Positions 1 through 15,000 of a DNA stretch of 42,074 bases are shown one piece after another. The stretch is taken from assembly GCA_013138765.1 (NCBI GenBank), contig WTCB01000067.1:1-42074 (forward strand), written 5' to 3'. The notes under the pieces were generated by a model. The model was not told where the DNA came from. It saw only the letters and a list, made by a program, of their open reading frames with translations, and searched no databases. Positions within the stretch are counted from its first letter, which is position 1, and each line of letters begins with the position of its first letter. This stretch comes from Candidatus Nanohaloarchaea archaeon. Lineage in GTDB: Archaea; EX4484-52; GLR71. Made by a program: the position numbers and the translations under genes.

Positions 1-2
1 CG

Positions 3-3000
3 ATAAACATAACACTTGCTGATGAGTGCGGTCTTGACATTTCCAATGCTGAACTGAACATTACATTGAACAATACTGATGTGGGTGCAGCTGACTATTG
101 TACTGATGTAATCAATCTTGGTTCCGGCAATTATTCTTGTGAATGGGAGACTACAGTTACGGGTGTTGGTCGGTATGATGTCATAGTCAAAGCATACAAT
201 GTGACATATCATAATAATGGAACCATTACACTTGTCGATTCATTCAGGGTCATACCTCCGATAAACAATGCACCTAACCTTACAAACAATACAATGCTGT
301 ATGATATTGATGGATGGGGCGCCACATTCAACTTTTCAGTCGAGGTATATGATAAAGATTATGATACTGTAAATGTGTCATTCTGGATATCATCTGACAA
401 TTCAACATGGGTCTTTGAGGATTCTAAGAACTGTACAGCATGCAATGAATGGAACCAGTTGAATTTCAGCTATGACGGTTTTTCATGTTCGGATCAGCAA
501 GAGTGGTATTATAAGTTCAATGCGACAGACTATGAGAATGATACTGAACTTTCAGGAGTCAATTTCACGGTTGAAAAAGATGATGTGACTGTTGTATATT
601 CAGTAGGTGGCGGTAATGCCACTTATGTCAACAGGACAAGTCCAGGCACTACGCAGTTGATATTCTCAGTGTTTGATGCAGACAATGTCAGCAATCCTGT
701 ATTGTCAGCGGGTAGTAATGGTTCTTTCTGGGTATCTTATAATGATACGACTTATGATACTGGGTATTTCAACCAGACCAATTCAACCGGCAATCTAAAT
801 TACATATTCAAGCCATCCTGTTCACCTAAATATGCTATAGGACCACAGAACTGGACAGGTGGCATAAAAGGAGATACCTGTTACTTTGATACCAATGATA
901 CCGAGTCGCTCATCGTATATGTTGTCGGCGAGATGAATGAGACTCTTGTAACACCTTTGGGTGGAGACTTCTTTGAAAATGATAATGTCAGCATCAGGGT
1001 AAATCTGACACAGGAATGTGATGTTGCCGATATTGTGGTTGATGCTGCGGTTGATTTTTCCGTGCACCATGATACCTATTCTGCTACTTGTTCTGTTGTC
1101 AATGAAGCAGATGGTAATTATAATTGTACATGGAATGTTACTGGAGCACCTGGCGGTTGGTATAACATTACTGTGAACTCTACAAGACAGTATCTGAATT
1201 CCATATCAAAATTAAAGATAAATTCATTTTTCCATCAGATCAATCCTGTGATTTTTGATGCAAGTGCAGACAAGTCATCTGTCGTATGGGGCAATGATCC
1301 TGCAAAGTCGCAGGTGACATTTACAGTAAATGTTACAGATGATGATGATACGGTTGATGTATACCTTTGGGAGTCTTTGGGTTCTGCTACTGGTCCTTGG
1401 ACACTTGCAGATCAGACAACATGTGTTGATTGCATAAATACGACAAAGACATTTACAAGGACCTATAGCGCTTGCGGTGAAATCGGGACTTGGTACTGGA
1501 AAATAAATGCAAGTGATACGGACACTCTTTCTGATGAAGAGCCGGTCTATAATTTTAATGTTACAAAACGGGCTGTATATTTTGTTCATGATAGCGGAAA
1601 TAATACAGATGTGGTCCGTACAGGCACTAATACAACTACTTTGAAAGTGCGTGCATTTGACAATTATACTGATGCTAATTTAGGTAGTGGTATGCAAGGT
1701 TATTTCTGGGTCACTACAAATGGTACAGCTACAGAGATATGGGGTAATCAGCTGAGCGATACTACTGACTTTCAGGGTTATGTAGAATATGATTTTGAGC
1801 CTGGATGTTCTTCGCCACTTTATCTTACGGGCACTCAGGATTGGAAAGCAGGGATTATGGGTGGCAGCTGTTACCTTGATACGAATTCAACATTTTTTGA
1901 ACTTGACATAAATGGAAGCCTTTCAAACAGTCTAGATGTACCTGTACCGACTGAAAGGTATGAGAAGGAGACAGACATGACTTTCTTTGGCACTTTAAGT
2001 GATGATTGTACTGCAACAACAGGCACTTATGTGTCATCTGCTGATACAGTCAAGTTTGATGTGACTGGTGTGAATACATATCTCTGTTCGGCATTTACTG
2101 ATTTTGGTAATGGTACATACAGCTGTGACTGGAATAATATTGGACCGTTCCTCGGGCTTCACAATGTCACGCTTAATTCAACAAAAGCATATTATGATGC
2201 TTCAAGCGTTTTGGTTGAAGAGGCATTCAGGATTGGTATCGCTCCAGAGATGGGAGAGACTTATGTTGACGTTCTTTCAGATGGTTGGGGATATAATTAC
2301 ACTTTCAAGGTTGAATTCAGGGACATGGAACCTGATGATACTGATAACATAACATTCTATAAAGCCTACAGTGATGCAGGACCATGGTACACGGTTGCAT
2401 CTGAAGAAAGATTTAATGGTGTCTCCTGGTCAAACATAACATTCAACAAGATATTTGATTGTTCTGATCTGATATCGGGGCCTTATCTTTATTATAAGTT
2501 CAATGTTACTGATAGTTTCGGATTTACAGATGAATCCGTGATTAAAAATATTACTTTAGAGAAAGATGACATTGATGTTATTTATATCTCCGGAGAATAT
2601 GTATCCATTGATCGTGAAGGTTCAGATTCTGCGTATTTTAAAGTGTTAATAAATGATACTGATTTTGGTACAGTTGTTGCAGGTGATATAAATGCAACTG
2701 TCTGGAAAACATTTGATGCAGCATCTTATGATTCCGGCAATGCTACCGTGACTGATGCAAATGGATATGTCAATTATTCATTTGATCCTGATTGCGGTTA
2801 CTCTACATCTGATGCACAGTATTGGCTTATAGGGACTACCGGAAATACTTGCTATGCAAATAAGAATATGACTGTTCCAAAACAGTTTGCAATTGTCGGG
2901 CAGCTGAAAAACAATCTTTACAGACCACTTCAGAGTTCTGTGTTCAATGTAACGGATGGCGTATTCTTTAATGTTTCAACTACAACTGATTGTCCGGCTG

Positions 3001-6000
3001 AAGGTGCGCAGACTGGAGCATCAGTTATTCTTAACCTTACACATTCGGGCAGCACTACATATGAATGCAGTCCTGTGAATGATGAAGGAACCGGCGTGTA
3101 TAACTGTACGTGGGATTCAACAGCTAAACTTGAAGGAAATTATACTGTAAACATGACGTCAACTTTAGTTAATTATAACTTAAATAATACCTGGTGGACT
3201 GAGAGGTTCTGGCTTGAGAACAAGAACACTACATATGATAATGAGTCTGTCACACCATTAAGTGGCGGTTGGAGCCGAAACTTTACATTCAATCTTTCTG
3301 TTTTGGACATTGAAGCTGATGATGTGACCTGTACATTGTTTACAAATACTACCGGTACATGGGTTGAGCGAGGTCAAAGTATAGTTACTGGAGGAGTCGG
3401 AAACTGTAGTATTCTCGTATGGGATTTCACACCAACGGATGTCGGCTCTGCATCATACAAGTTTATGGTTGAAGATGCTGAGATATCAAATACATTCAAT
3501 ACGACCGTATTTACTGGTCTTACGATAACAAAACCCGTAGTATCTGTGACATTTGAATCACTGAATGATACAGCTGTGAACAGGTCTGATGGAAGCGATA
3601 CTCTTGTTGTCCGTGTCTATGATACTGAGAATAAATCATATGTAAATAATTCTAATGTGACTTTCTGGGTCACTACAGATGGATTAAATATTGATGCTGG
3701 TTCAGTCTTTACGACAAATGTTACAGGGCATGCATCATTTGCATTTACACCGACATGCACCCCTTATTATGAGGCGGGACATCAGTTATGGTTAGCGGGA
3801 GTAACAGATGATAATTATGTCAATTCAAACACAACTTTGAATTATACAACTACAATTTATGGACAGATGACTAATCTTGTCAGTTCTCCTGCTGGAGAGA
3901 AATATCTGCGCGGTGAAGAAAATGTTACAATCCGTGCAAACATCACAAGTGACTGCAGTTCTTTGGAAACCATGAATGAGACATCTGTCAATTTCACAAT
4001 TACATCGCAACATACTGGAACATCTTATGGTTGCACAACTGAAATATATAATGAGACTACCGGATATTATAATTGTACTTTTGATACAGGCGGCAAAGAA
4101 CCTCGTGGATATAATATAACTATGAATTCAACTCAAGAATTTTATTTGATAGACATAAGTACTGATGTCTATTCAGCAGGTGTTGAGTCATTCTGGATAG
4201 AGACCAGACCTACTCTTGTTGCGCCTAATATAACTCCGGTATCCGGCGGTTGGGGCGAAAGACATTATTTCACAGTCAATTCTACTGATTATGATCTTGA
4301 TACACTCATAGTCAAAGCATGGTTCAGAAAAGATGGTGATAGTTATGCACCTGCAAATTCTTTGACAAATAATACTATATCAGGTGTTGATCAATATGTT
4401 ACATTTTCACCAAAAATATTTGGCACCAGTGATGCAGACACTACATGGTACTACAAGTTTAATGTGACTGCGTCAGATGGTGATGGATATACAAATGAAA
4501 CAATTGAACAATCATTTTATGTTGAACCTGATACAACATATCTCGAATATATAACAGGAAATAATACCATTGTAAATAGATCTGCTCTGCCAACCGATCC
4601 AGATTATAATGTGACATTTATGTTTAGGGCATGGGATGTTGACAAAGACCCTGATGCAATCATAATCGGCAAAAAAATTAAGTTCTATGTTACAGATGAT
4701 ACTGTCAGTAATTATAGACCTTATCCAGCTTTGCCTACAAGTTATCTTTATACAAATGCGACAGGGTATCAGAAATATGTATTTGAACCGGATTGCAGTT
4801 ATGATGTAGGACCACAGAAATGGAAAGCTGGAATTTTAGATAATCCTGAATTCAATTCAACAAATTCAAGTGACTTTTATTTCAATATAACAACTGTGCC
4901 ACTTGCTGCAATGCTTGATTATCCAATCGGTGCCATTACATTTGAGAAAGGTGTAGACAATATCCTTCTCCGTGGTAATGTCAGTGATGATTGTGGTCTT
5001 GTATCTGGTGCAAATGTAAATATCAGTGTAATGCAGGGGGGTACAACTTATGCTGAATGTTATCCGGCTGGAGATGAAATGTCAGGCTGGTATAATTGCA
5101 CTATAGCCAACACAATCCATAATACATGGCCTGTCGGGCTGTATAATGTTACAATAAAAGCAGATAAGGCATATTATAATGATTCGGATATTTTTGTTGT
5201 TGAAAATGCTTTCAGACTTGTTACAAGACCAGTATTGTCTAATCCGACAGCAACTTCAACACAAGGCGGAACTCTTGGCGGTTGGGGTGAATTATGGACA
5301 TTTACTGTAGACATACAGGATCCTGATTTTGATAGTTCAAATGTATCATTTTGGATTAACCGGACGGGTTCATGGGAATTTATGGATTCAGTCATATGGG
5401 CACAGGGCAATCCAACAATTACATTTGCCGATAAAACATTTTCTTGTTCAGGAGCTGTTGATCTTGGTGTGAAACAATACAAGTTCAATGTGTCTGATGA
5501 TTATGATTATACAGATGAGATCAGCTCTGCAATGACTCTTGAAAAAGATGATACGGATGCAATACCTACAGGTACTGGGGGGCAGAGCGTAGATAGAAAT
5601 GGTACAGTGACCATACTATTGCAGACACAACTTATGGATACCGATAAGGGTTATTCTGCTGTCGGTCCGGGTGTGGACGGAAAAGTATGGATTACAGTAA
5701 ATGGTAGCGATGTTGGCAGTTTTGATGATGGATATGCATTGCAGACAGATGCAAGCGGATATCTTAATTATAATTTTGACATCAATTGCTCTTACACAAC
5801 TGGTGAGCATGCATGGATGGGAGGCACTTCAGGAAGTGCATGCTATAAGGATTCTGCATATCCAACTGAATATTTTGATTCACTTGGTAAATTGTACACT
5901 GATGTTGAATCACCTGTGAACGGTTCAAGCTATGGGACAGGCACACCAGTTTTCTTTAGGGTCAATGTGACCAGTGATTGTGTTGATGAAGGTCTTATCG

Positions 6001-9000
6001 ATTCCGAATTGAAAGGTATAGAATTGCAGAGTCCATCATCATCATGGACCAGCTGTTCACCAATCAATTCTGAAGGTGGTGCAGATCTAGGTTGGTATAA
6101 TTGTACATGGGATTCTACATTCAAGGAACCAGGCAACTGGACAATAAGGACAAATGCGTCAAATGATACATATTATACTGCGGTCAATACATGGGTTGAT
6201 CATTTTGAACTTTTGAATAACCCACCAAGCTATTCAGATATGGATGGTACACCTGACACTGGCGCGTGGGGTACAGTCTATACTTTCAGCGTCAACTTCA
6301 CAGATTCGGATGCGGATGATGTTGATTGTGACCTTTATGTCACAACTGATAACGGAGCTACTTGGGTACTTCGGAATTCAACCACACTTGCAAGTCCGGC
6401 TGTCTGTAATCTGACCGTATCTGATTTTGATTGCGGTGATATAGGCACTGATAACTATTTCAAGTTCGGTCTTGATGATGGCTACAATCCGATCAACACT
6501 ACAAATGTGAGCGGGCCAAACATAACTGTAAATAATATTGAGATGATCTATGTTGATGGAAATGATCAAGATGTTGACAGGTCATATGGGACATTACCAC
6601 TTAAGGTCTATGTGAATGATACAATTAAAGGTGGTTCTGTGTCGCCTGCGGTTGCTGTATATTTCAACATAACAATTGATGGTTCGACATATGTTCTTGA
6701 TGGGTCTAATACTACATCAAATGGAAATGCAACATATGAGTTCACACCATCTTGTTCGTATTATCCTGGTGAACAGATGTGGTATGCTGAAGTCAATGAT
6801 TCCTGTTACACTCCAAAGAACACTACTGAATATAACCTGACCGTCTATGGTACATTGACCAATACACTTGACGTACCTACAGGAGTTGAATATTTCCTCA
6901 ATAATAATATTACGCTCCGTGCAAATGTGACAAGTGATTGTGCAGCAGAAGTCATGAATGAGACTGATGTGACTTTCAGATATTTCAGGACTGGGTATTC
7001 AAGTACATGCCCTGTAAATAATGAATCTACAGGATACTATAATTGTACTTTCAACAATACGGGTATGCCTCCTGGATACTATGATTTTGAGATGAATTCG
7101 TCACAATCATTCTATAATACGGATTCAAGAGTATTCTCATATGTGTACGGAATCTCGTCATTCTGGCTTGAGACATTGCCAATACTTACAGCACCGACTG
7201 TAAGTCCTGGTGTTGGCGGATGGGGTGAAACGTTCTATTTTGTCACAAATGCGACCGATCGTGACCTTGATACGATGACTGTCAGATTGTGGTTGCGTAA
7301 GATGCCAGGCGGCAGTTGGATCATGAAGAATTCGACAACAGCCCAGGGCATCAATCAGACGGTCAATCTTTCAACTAAGTTCCCGAGCGGTGGGGACATG
7401 GGCGACTGGGAATTTAATTTCACAGTGACTGCAGATGACTCATGGGATGTTTACGGGACACAGAATGTATCATTCACTGTTGAGGCTAATGATGTCAGGA
7501 TTGAGATACTTTCCGGAAATGATTCAATCGTAAACAGGTCAAGCCTGCCGGGGAACAGCAATCCTGATGTAACGTTCAGTGTGCGCATATTTGATGATGA
7601 CCGTGATGTACTTATTCTTGATCCTGTCAATACAAGGTTTTATGTGACAAAAGACGGAAGCAACTTTGAGACATTGGCAACAGTATCAAATGATACCAGT
7701 GAATTCTATGTTACATTAGACCCTGACTGCACTTATGGCATCGGTCCTCAGATGTGGAAAGTATCAAGTGTATTTTCAGGAAATAGTTGGTATAAGCTGA
7801 CAAATACAACTGATCAGAATTTTAATATCACTACAATTCCTTTATCTGCAAACATAGCTGAACCGAATGGAATTACAAGAGTACGTGGTGTGGATGATAT
7901 ATTTATTCGCGTTAATGTTACAGACGAATGCGGTCTTGTGGCAGGTGCAAGTTCAGTAGTAGTTGTAGAGAGGTCAGCAATACCGTATTTTACATGTCCA
8001 CCAGATGCAACTATGTCTGATGAAGCGAATGGTTATTATAATTGTACTGTTCCAAGTGCATCAACAACAATTTGGACTACTGGTGAGTATGATGTCAAGA
8101 TTGATTCATCAAAAGCATATTATAATTCATCTGTTACATATCTTAAAAATAATGCGTTCCGTCTTGTGACAGTATCTAAACTTGATAATCCTGTCATAAC
8201 TTCAGTGAGTTCAATTGGTTCATCTGATTATGGTTGGGGTGAAGATTGGACATTTGAAGTTGATGTCTTAGATGAAGATAATGACAATGTAAATGTATAT
8301 TTATGGGTCAATCTTACTGGTTCATGGGAATTACTGAATTCAACAGTATGTACTAACTGTGGTGGCAGTACACATACAATCAGTTTTACCGGTCATGATT
8401 TCTTATGTACTGATATAGGCACACCTGATTTCAAGTTCAATGTGTCTGATGATTATTCTTATACAAATGAGACGGCTGGCACATTCAATATAATCAAAGA
8501 TGATACTATCACTTATTATGGTCTTATAGGGGATTCATCGCAGATTGACAGGGAAGGAAATGATGCTGAAACATTCTCTATCAAGATACGTGATGCGGAT
8601 GTCGGTGCTTATGTAGGTACAACAATTCCGAATTCAACAGGAAAAATATTTGTGACTACAGATGGAGCAACATATGATGCGGGAACATCTAACACGACAA
8701 ATGCTTTAGGATATCTGTATTATACATTTGATCCGGATTGCAGTTATGAGGTCGGTGCTCAGAAATGGTATGGTGGTCCAAGAGATGATGCTTGCTATAA
8801 GGATTCAAATTCACCGGTCTTTGACACTTCTTTAGTTGGACAGCTGAAGAGTTCAATCATTAATCCAGTATACAGTTCAAGTGTCTTTGTAGGCAGCATT
8901 GTCAACCTGAATGCAAGCATATTTGATGAATGTCTTGTTCCTGTATCTGGAGTGTCTATAACTCATGAGGCAGTTTCACCATTTAATATATTTGAAGATA

Positions 9001-12000
9001 TTGTACCTGTAGTAAATAATAGTGTTGGGCATTATAATTCAACATGGGATACAATGTTCCATCAGGGCGGTAATTGGAGTTTTAGGATAAATGCAAGCAA
9101 GATTAATCATTATGGTAATTCTACTATATTTTCTAACTGGACATATCTGAATAATACAGTACCTGTCGCTGAGAATTTCACTGTATCTCCTGAGGTTGAA
9201 GGATGGGGACGTGTGTATACTTATGGAGTACAGATATATGATACACAATTTGATAACATAACCTGTGACCTTTATGTCAGCACAGATAATGGTGCATTAT
9301 GGGTTTTGAAAAACAGTACATTCATTGAGACCGTTCCTACTTCAGGTTATGCAAACTGTACATTGTCAGCATCTGATTTTGATTGTTCTGAAATAGGTAC
9401 GGATAATATGTATAAGTTCCAGATATTTGATGGTACAAACAAGTTCAATACAAGTTCAATATCAGGACCGAATTTAACAGTTGATACAGTTTCGATTGAG
9501 TATATCTATGGTAATGATTCGATTGTAAACAGGTCGGGGGCTCAGACTACATTATTTTCGACAAGAGTACTTGATGTTGATAAAGGAAGCATTCCTGTAA
9601 TGGACAGTTCTTCAGTTACATTTTGGACAACTTATGATAATGCAGTTTATAATACCGGCAGTTCAGTGTCTACAAATAGCACTGGTTATGCTGATTATAT
9701 TTTCAATCCAGCATGTACTCCGATAAAATATGAGGTAGGGCCACAGTATTGGGTTGCAGGCGTGACTGATTCTTGTTATAGTGATATTAATACAAGCAGT
9801 AATTATACAACCACGATCTACGGTTCAATGGACAATCAGATACTATCGCCTCTTGGGACTAAATTTATTGAAGGTATCGATAATGTCACTATCAGGTCAA
9901 ATGTTACAAGTGATTGCAGTTTAGAGGAGACGATGAATGAGACTCTTGTCAATTTCACAATGACATCGCAGTATCTGGGGACACAATACGGATGTACAAC
10001 AGAAGTCTATAATGAGACTACAGGATACTATAATTGCACTTTTGAGACATCAGGAAAAGATCCACGAGAATATAACATTACAATGAATTCAACACAGATG
10101 TATTATATCACTAATGTTACAACTTCATCATATTCTTCCGGCACATCATCATTCCGTATTGAAAATATACCCGTCATGACAGCACCTACAGTAAGTCCTG
10201 GTGTCGGCGGGTGGGGTGAGATATTCTATTTTGCTACAAATGTGACTGATGCAGATGATGATATAATGACTGTCAGGTTATGGCTGCGCAAGAAACCAAG
10301 CGGTAGCTGGATACTTAAAAATTCAACTACTGTGCAAGGTAGCGATGTGGTCGTAAATCTTTCAACCAAGTTTATCAGCGGCAATGATATAGGCGACTGG
10401 GAATTTAATTATACAGTAACTGCGGATGATTCATGGGATGTCTATGGAACTCAAAATGTATCATTTACGGTTGAACCAAATGATGTACGGATTGAATTGA
10501 TATCAGGAGATAATTCAATTGTCAACAGGTCAAGTCTTCCGGGAAACAGCAATCCTGATGTCACCTTTGTTGTGAGCGTGTTTGATGATGACAGGGATAT
10601 ACTTATTGCTGATCCGGCCAACACTCGGTTTTATGTGACAAAAGATGGAATTAATTTCACAACATTAGCAACCGTTTCAAATGATAGCGGTTATTTCTAT
10701 GCTACACTTGATCCGGATTGCACTTATGATGTAGGTCCTCAGATGTGGAAGGCATCAAGCGTGTTCTCAGGAAATAGTTGGTATAAGATGACAAATTCAT
10801 CAGACTTTTCATTTAACATAACTACAGTACCATTGTCTGCAAATATGGTTCAACCAGATGGAATTACAAGAGTACGAGGCGTGGATGATATATTTATCCG
10901 TGGTAATGTTACAGATGAATGCGGTCTTGTTGACGGTGCAAGTTCTGTGTTTACAGTTGAGAAATCGGAAATACCATATTTTACATGTCCACCTGATGCA
11001 ACTGTATTTGATGAAGATAATGGTTATTATAATTGTACGGTTCCAAGTGCATCAACATCAGGTTGGTCTCCTGGAGATTTTGATGTCAAGATAGAAACTT
11101 CAAAGGCATATTATAATTCGTCAGAGACAGTTACCAGTGCTAATGCTTTCCGTCTTGTGACTGTTCCTGAAGTGGATAATCCTGTAATAACTACTACAAG
11201 CACTATGGGGATATCTGATTTTGGTTGGGGTGAAGATTGGAAATTTGAAGTGGACATATTTGATGATGATAATGATGATGTCAATGTATATCTATGGGTC
11301 AATCTTACAGGTGACTGGGAACTTTTGAATTCAACAGTATGTACTAATTGTGGGGGCACCACACATACAATCAGTTTTAGTGGACATGATTTCGTCTGCA
11401 GTGATATCGGTACACGAGATTTTAAGTTTAATGTATCTGATGATTATTCTTACATAAATGAGACGTCGGGGGCATTCAATATCATAAAAGATGATACAAT
11501 TACATATTATGGTTCTGTTGGTGATGGTTCACAGATTGACAGAGAAGGAAATGATGATGAGCTGTTTGCAGTAAGAGTGAGGGATGCAGATGTAAATGCA
11601 TATGCCGGTTCTACAATACCTGCCGCAACCGGAAAGATATTTGTGACTACAGACGGTTCAACATATGATGCAGGAACATCTAATACGACTGATCCATCTG
11701 GATATCTATATTATACATTTAATCCTGATTGCAGTTATGGTGTAGGTGCACAGACATGGTATGGAGGTCCAGCAGGAGATTCATGCTATAAGGATTCAAA
11801 TTCACCAGTCTTTGATACAGATTTTATTGGACAGTTGAAGAGTGGCATAATAAATCCTGTGTATGGTTCAAACATTTTTGTGGGAAATATTGTCAATTTC
11901 AATACAAGCATCTTTGATGAATGTATAGTTCCTGTATCAGATGTCACAATTACGCATGAAGCAGCTTCACCATTTAATCTATTTGAAGATATTGCACCTG

Positions 12001-15000
12001 CAGTCAATAATAGTATTGGGCATTATAATTCAACATGGGATACAATGTTCCATCAAGGTGGCAATTGGAGCTTTAGGATAAATGCAAGCAAGACGGATTA
12101 TTATAGCAATTCAACTATATTTTCTAACTGGACTTACCTTAATAATACACCACCTACTGTTGAGAACTTTACAGTGTCGCCCGATGTTGAAGGATGGGGT
12201 CGTATATATGCCTATGAAGCACAGATATCTGATACACAATTTGATAATATAACCTGTGACCTTTATGTCAGCACAGATAATGGAGGGTCCTGGATCTTGA
12301 AAAACAGTACATTTATTGAAACTGTCTTGACTGGAGGGAATGCTAATTGTACACTGTCATCATCTGATTTTGATTGTTCTGAGATAGGTACTGATAACAT
12401 GTACAAGTTCCAGATTTATGACGGCACAAATAAGTTCAATACCAGTTCAAAATCAGGACCAAACCTTACAACTGATACAGTTTCGATTGAATATTTATAT
12501 GGTAATGATTCGGTTGTAAACAGGTCTGGAAATCAGATAACTTTATTTTCTGCAAGAGTTTTAGACGTTGATAAAGGAAGCATTCCAGTTATGAATGATT
12601 CGTCAGTCACATTCTGGACAACGCATAATAATGTAGTTTATAATACGGGTATTGTTATATCAACAAATTCTACGGGATATGCAGATTATCAGTTCAATCC
12701 GACTTGCAGTCCTGTTAATTATGGGGTTGGACCTCAATATTGGAAAGCGGGCGTTACCGATTCATGTTATGCACAGACAAATTTCACCCAAGAGAACTAT
12801 ACAACAACTATCGTTGGTGATCTTATAAATACAATTGAAAATCCAGCATACGGCACTGAATATTTACGTGGTGAAAATGTAACATTAAGCAGCGTAACGT
12901 CTCCAACAATTACTGATGACTGTCTTTTAGGTCTTGAAAATATAAACAATGACATTACGTTCTATAATGAATATGGTGTCGCTAACTATTCCTGTAGCAG
13001 TGAAGAAGTGGCAGGTGGTTATTATACGTGTACAAGAAATACTACCGATATGGTTGCAAGATTCTACGATACTGAGATGATATCATGGGAGCCATATTAT
13101 AATAACGGAACTATACTTTTACAAGATCATATATTTGTAAAGACTGTACCTAACATGACAGATGAGGTTGCGATCACAAGTGTTGGTGGCTGGGGTGAAA
13201 CATTCTATTTCTCAGTCAATGTGACTGATGAGGATCTGGATAATGTTACATTGAATCTTTATGTGAAAGATACAGCTTCTGGTTTCTGGGGTGCTCCAAA
13301 AAACAGTACGGTACTTTACAGCCCTCAAGGAGAATATGTAACATTGTCTTGGAGTGATGCACCTTATTGTACTGTCGGTATTTGGGAATATAGGTTTGAA
13401 GCAAGTGACACGCATGGAGATGTAAGTTTTACGGATTCACATAATTTCACTATTGAAAAAGATGATGTCGAAGTGCAATATTCTTTCGGTGATGGTTCTT
13501 ATGTATGGAGAAATGGGTCGGACAGTACAACATTGACATTGGATATTGTTGATTCAGACAGAAATAATCTTTCTGTAGGGACTGGTACTTCGGCACGGTT
13601 CTGGGTCACTACAGATGCAAATGATTCTGGTTCATGGGACATAGGCAAAGATACGGCAACATTAGATGGAGAGATAGATTATTATTTCATGCAGCAGTTC
13701 CCTGAGGGGGGTCAGAAATGTGATTATACTGTCGGTATCCAGAAATGGAAAGGTGGCATATTTAATGACATCTGCTATAAGGATAAGAATTCTACGGAGT
13801 ATGACTTGTCTGTGAATTCAAGTCTGGTGCCTAATGTAACTAATGTATACAGTCAGGGATATTTAAGAGGCGATCATATACCACTTCTTACATCAGTCTA
13901 TGATGACTGCGGTCCTGTATCCAATGTTACACTTTCATATTCTCTTTTGAATATGCCAAACCAGTATGTGTGTGATAAACAAAATAATGTCGGCTGGAAT
14001 GAAAGTGATGGAGATTATAATTGTACTTGGGATTCCACAAACAAACCATATAAGTGGTATAATGTTACAGCTTCTGTGTCAAAAGAATTTTTTGTACCTA
14101 ATATGACTTCAGGCAATGATAGATTCTTCCTTGGAATAACACCGCAGCTTGAATCTTTATCAGTATACCCTGAGGTTGGTGGCTGGGGAGAGAATCATCA
14201 ATTTAATGTAAGATTGACAAGTTTTGATCTTGCAACAAATAATGTATCTCTTTGGAAAAGTTTCGATAATGTATCATGGGACCTTGTCAATTGGCAGACT
14301 GTTATTATGCCTATAGGTCAGTGGGTACAGTTCAATGAACGATTTACATGCAATGATTATCTTACGCCGCCATCAGGTGTGAATTATTATAAGATAATTT
14401 CTGAAAATGTTTTCGGTTTCAGCAGTGAAACTTTAGTGTATAATTACACTCTTGAGTATGACAATATTACTTTAGTCATAACACCTGCAACCAATGATAC
14501 TGTCCGTCGGCTTGGAGCGGATGATGCATTCCTTGAGGCAAGGATATATGATACTGATTATGGGGTGTATCAGAATAATACAGATGCAAATATATGGGTT
14601 ACAAAAGATGGTGCAACATTTAGCTATAATGAGTCCTGTTCATCTGATGATGGGTATTGTGGCATAATCTATAATCCTCAATGTGATAGTGGTGTGGGAC
14701 TTCAAAATTGGAAGATTGAAGTGTACGATTCTTGCTATCAGAATATCAATTCAACAGATGTGACATTGTCTGTTATCGGACAATTGTACAGCAATGTAAT
14801 CAATCCATCATTGGATGACATACTTAACAAGAATACAACTACATCTTTCAACACTACTGTTTTCGATGATTGTGATAATAATATATTGGATGCGTCTGTC
14901 TCCTGGTACAATAGTACACCGATACTTCTTGGAACTGGATATAATGTCAGCTGGAACATTCCATTAAACTATACAAAAGGACCAGAGACAATAATTACAA

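Noticed and set aside
66-68. TTG at 66 as the start codon of the giant gene
   Set aside because: The frame is open from nt 3, and the upstream residues continue the repeat consensus. A start in the middle of a beta-sandwich subdomain, without a signal peptide, is implausible.
7161-13133. A diversity-generating retroelement or hypervariable cassette mechanism to explain differences between repeat copies
   Set aside because: There is no reverse transcriptase, no template/variable repeat pair with adenine-specific changes, and the differences are spread evenly and are often synonymous.
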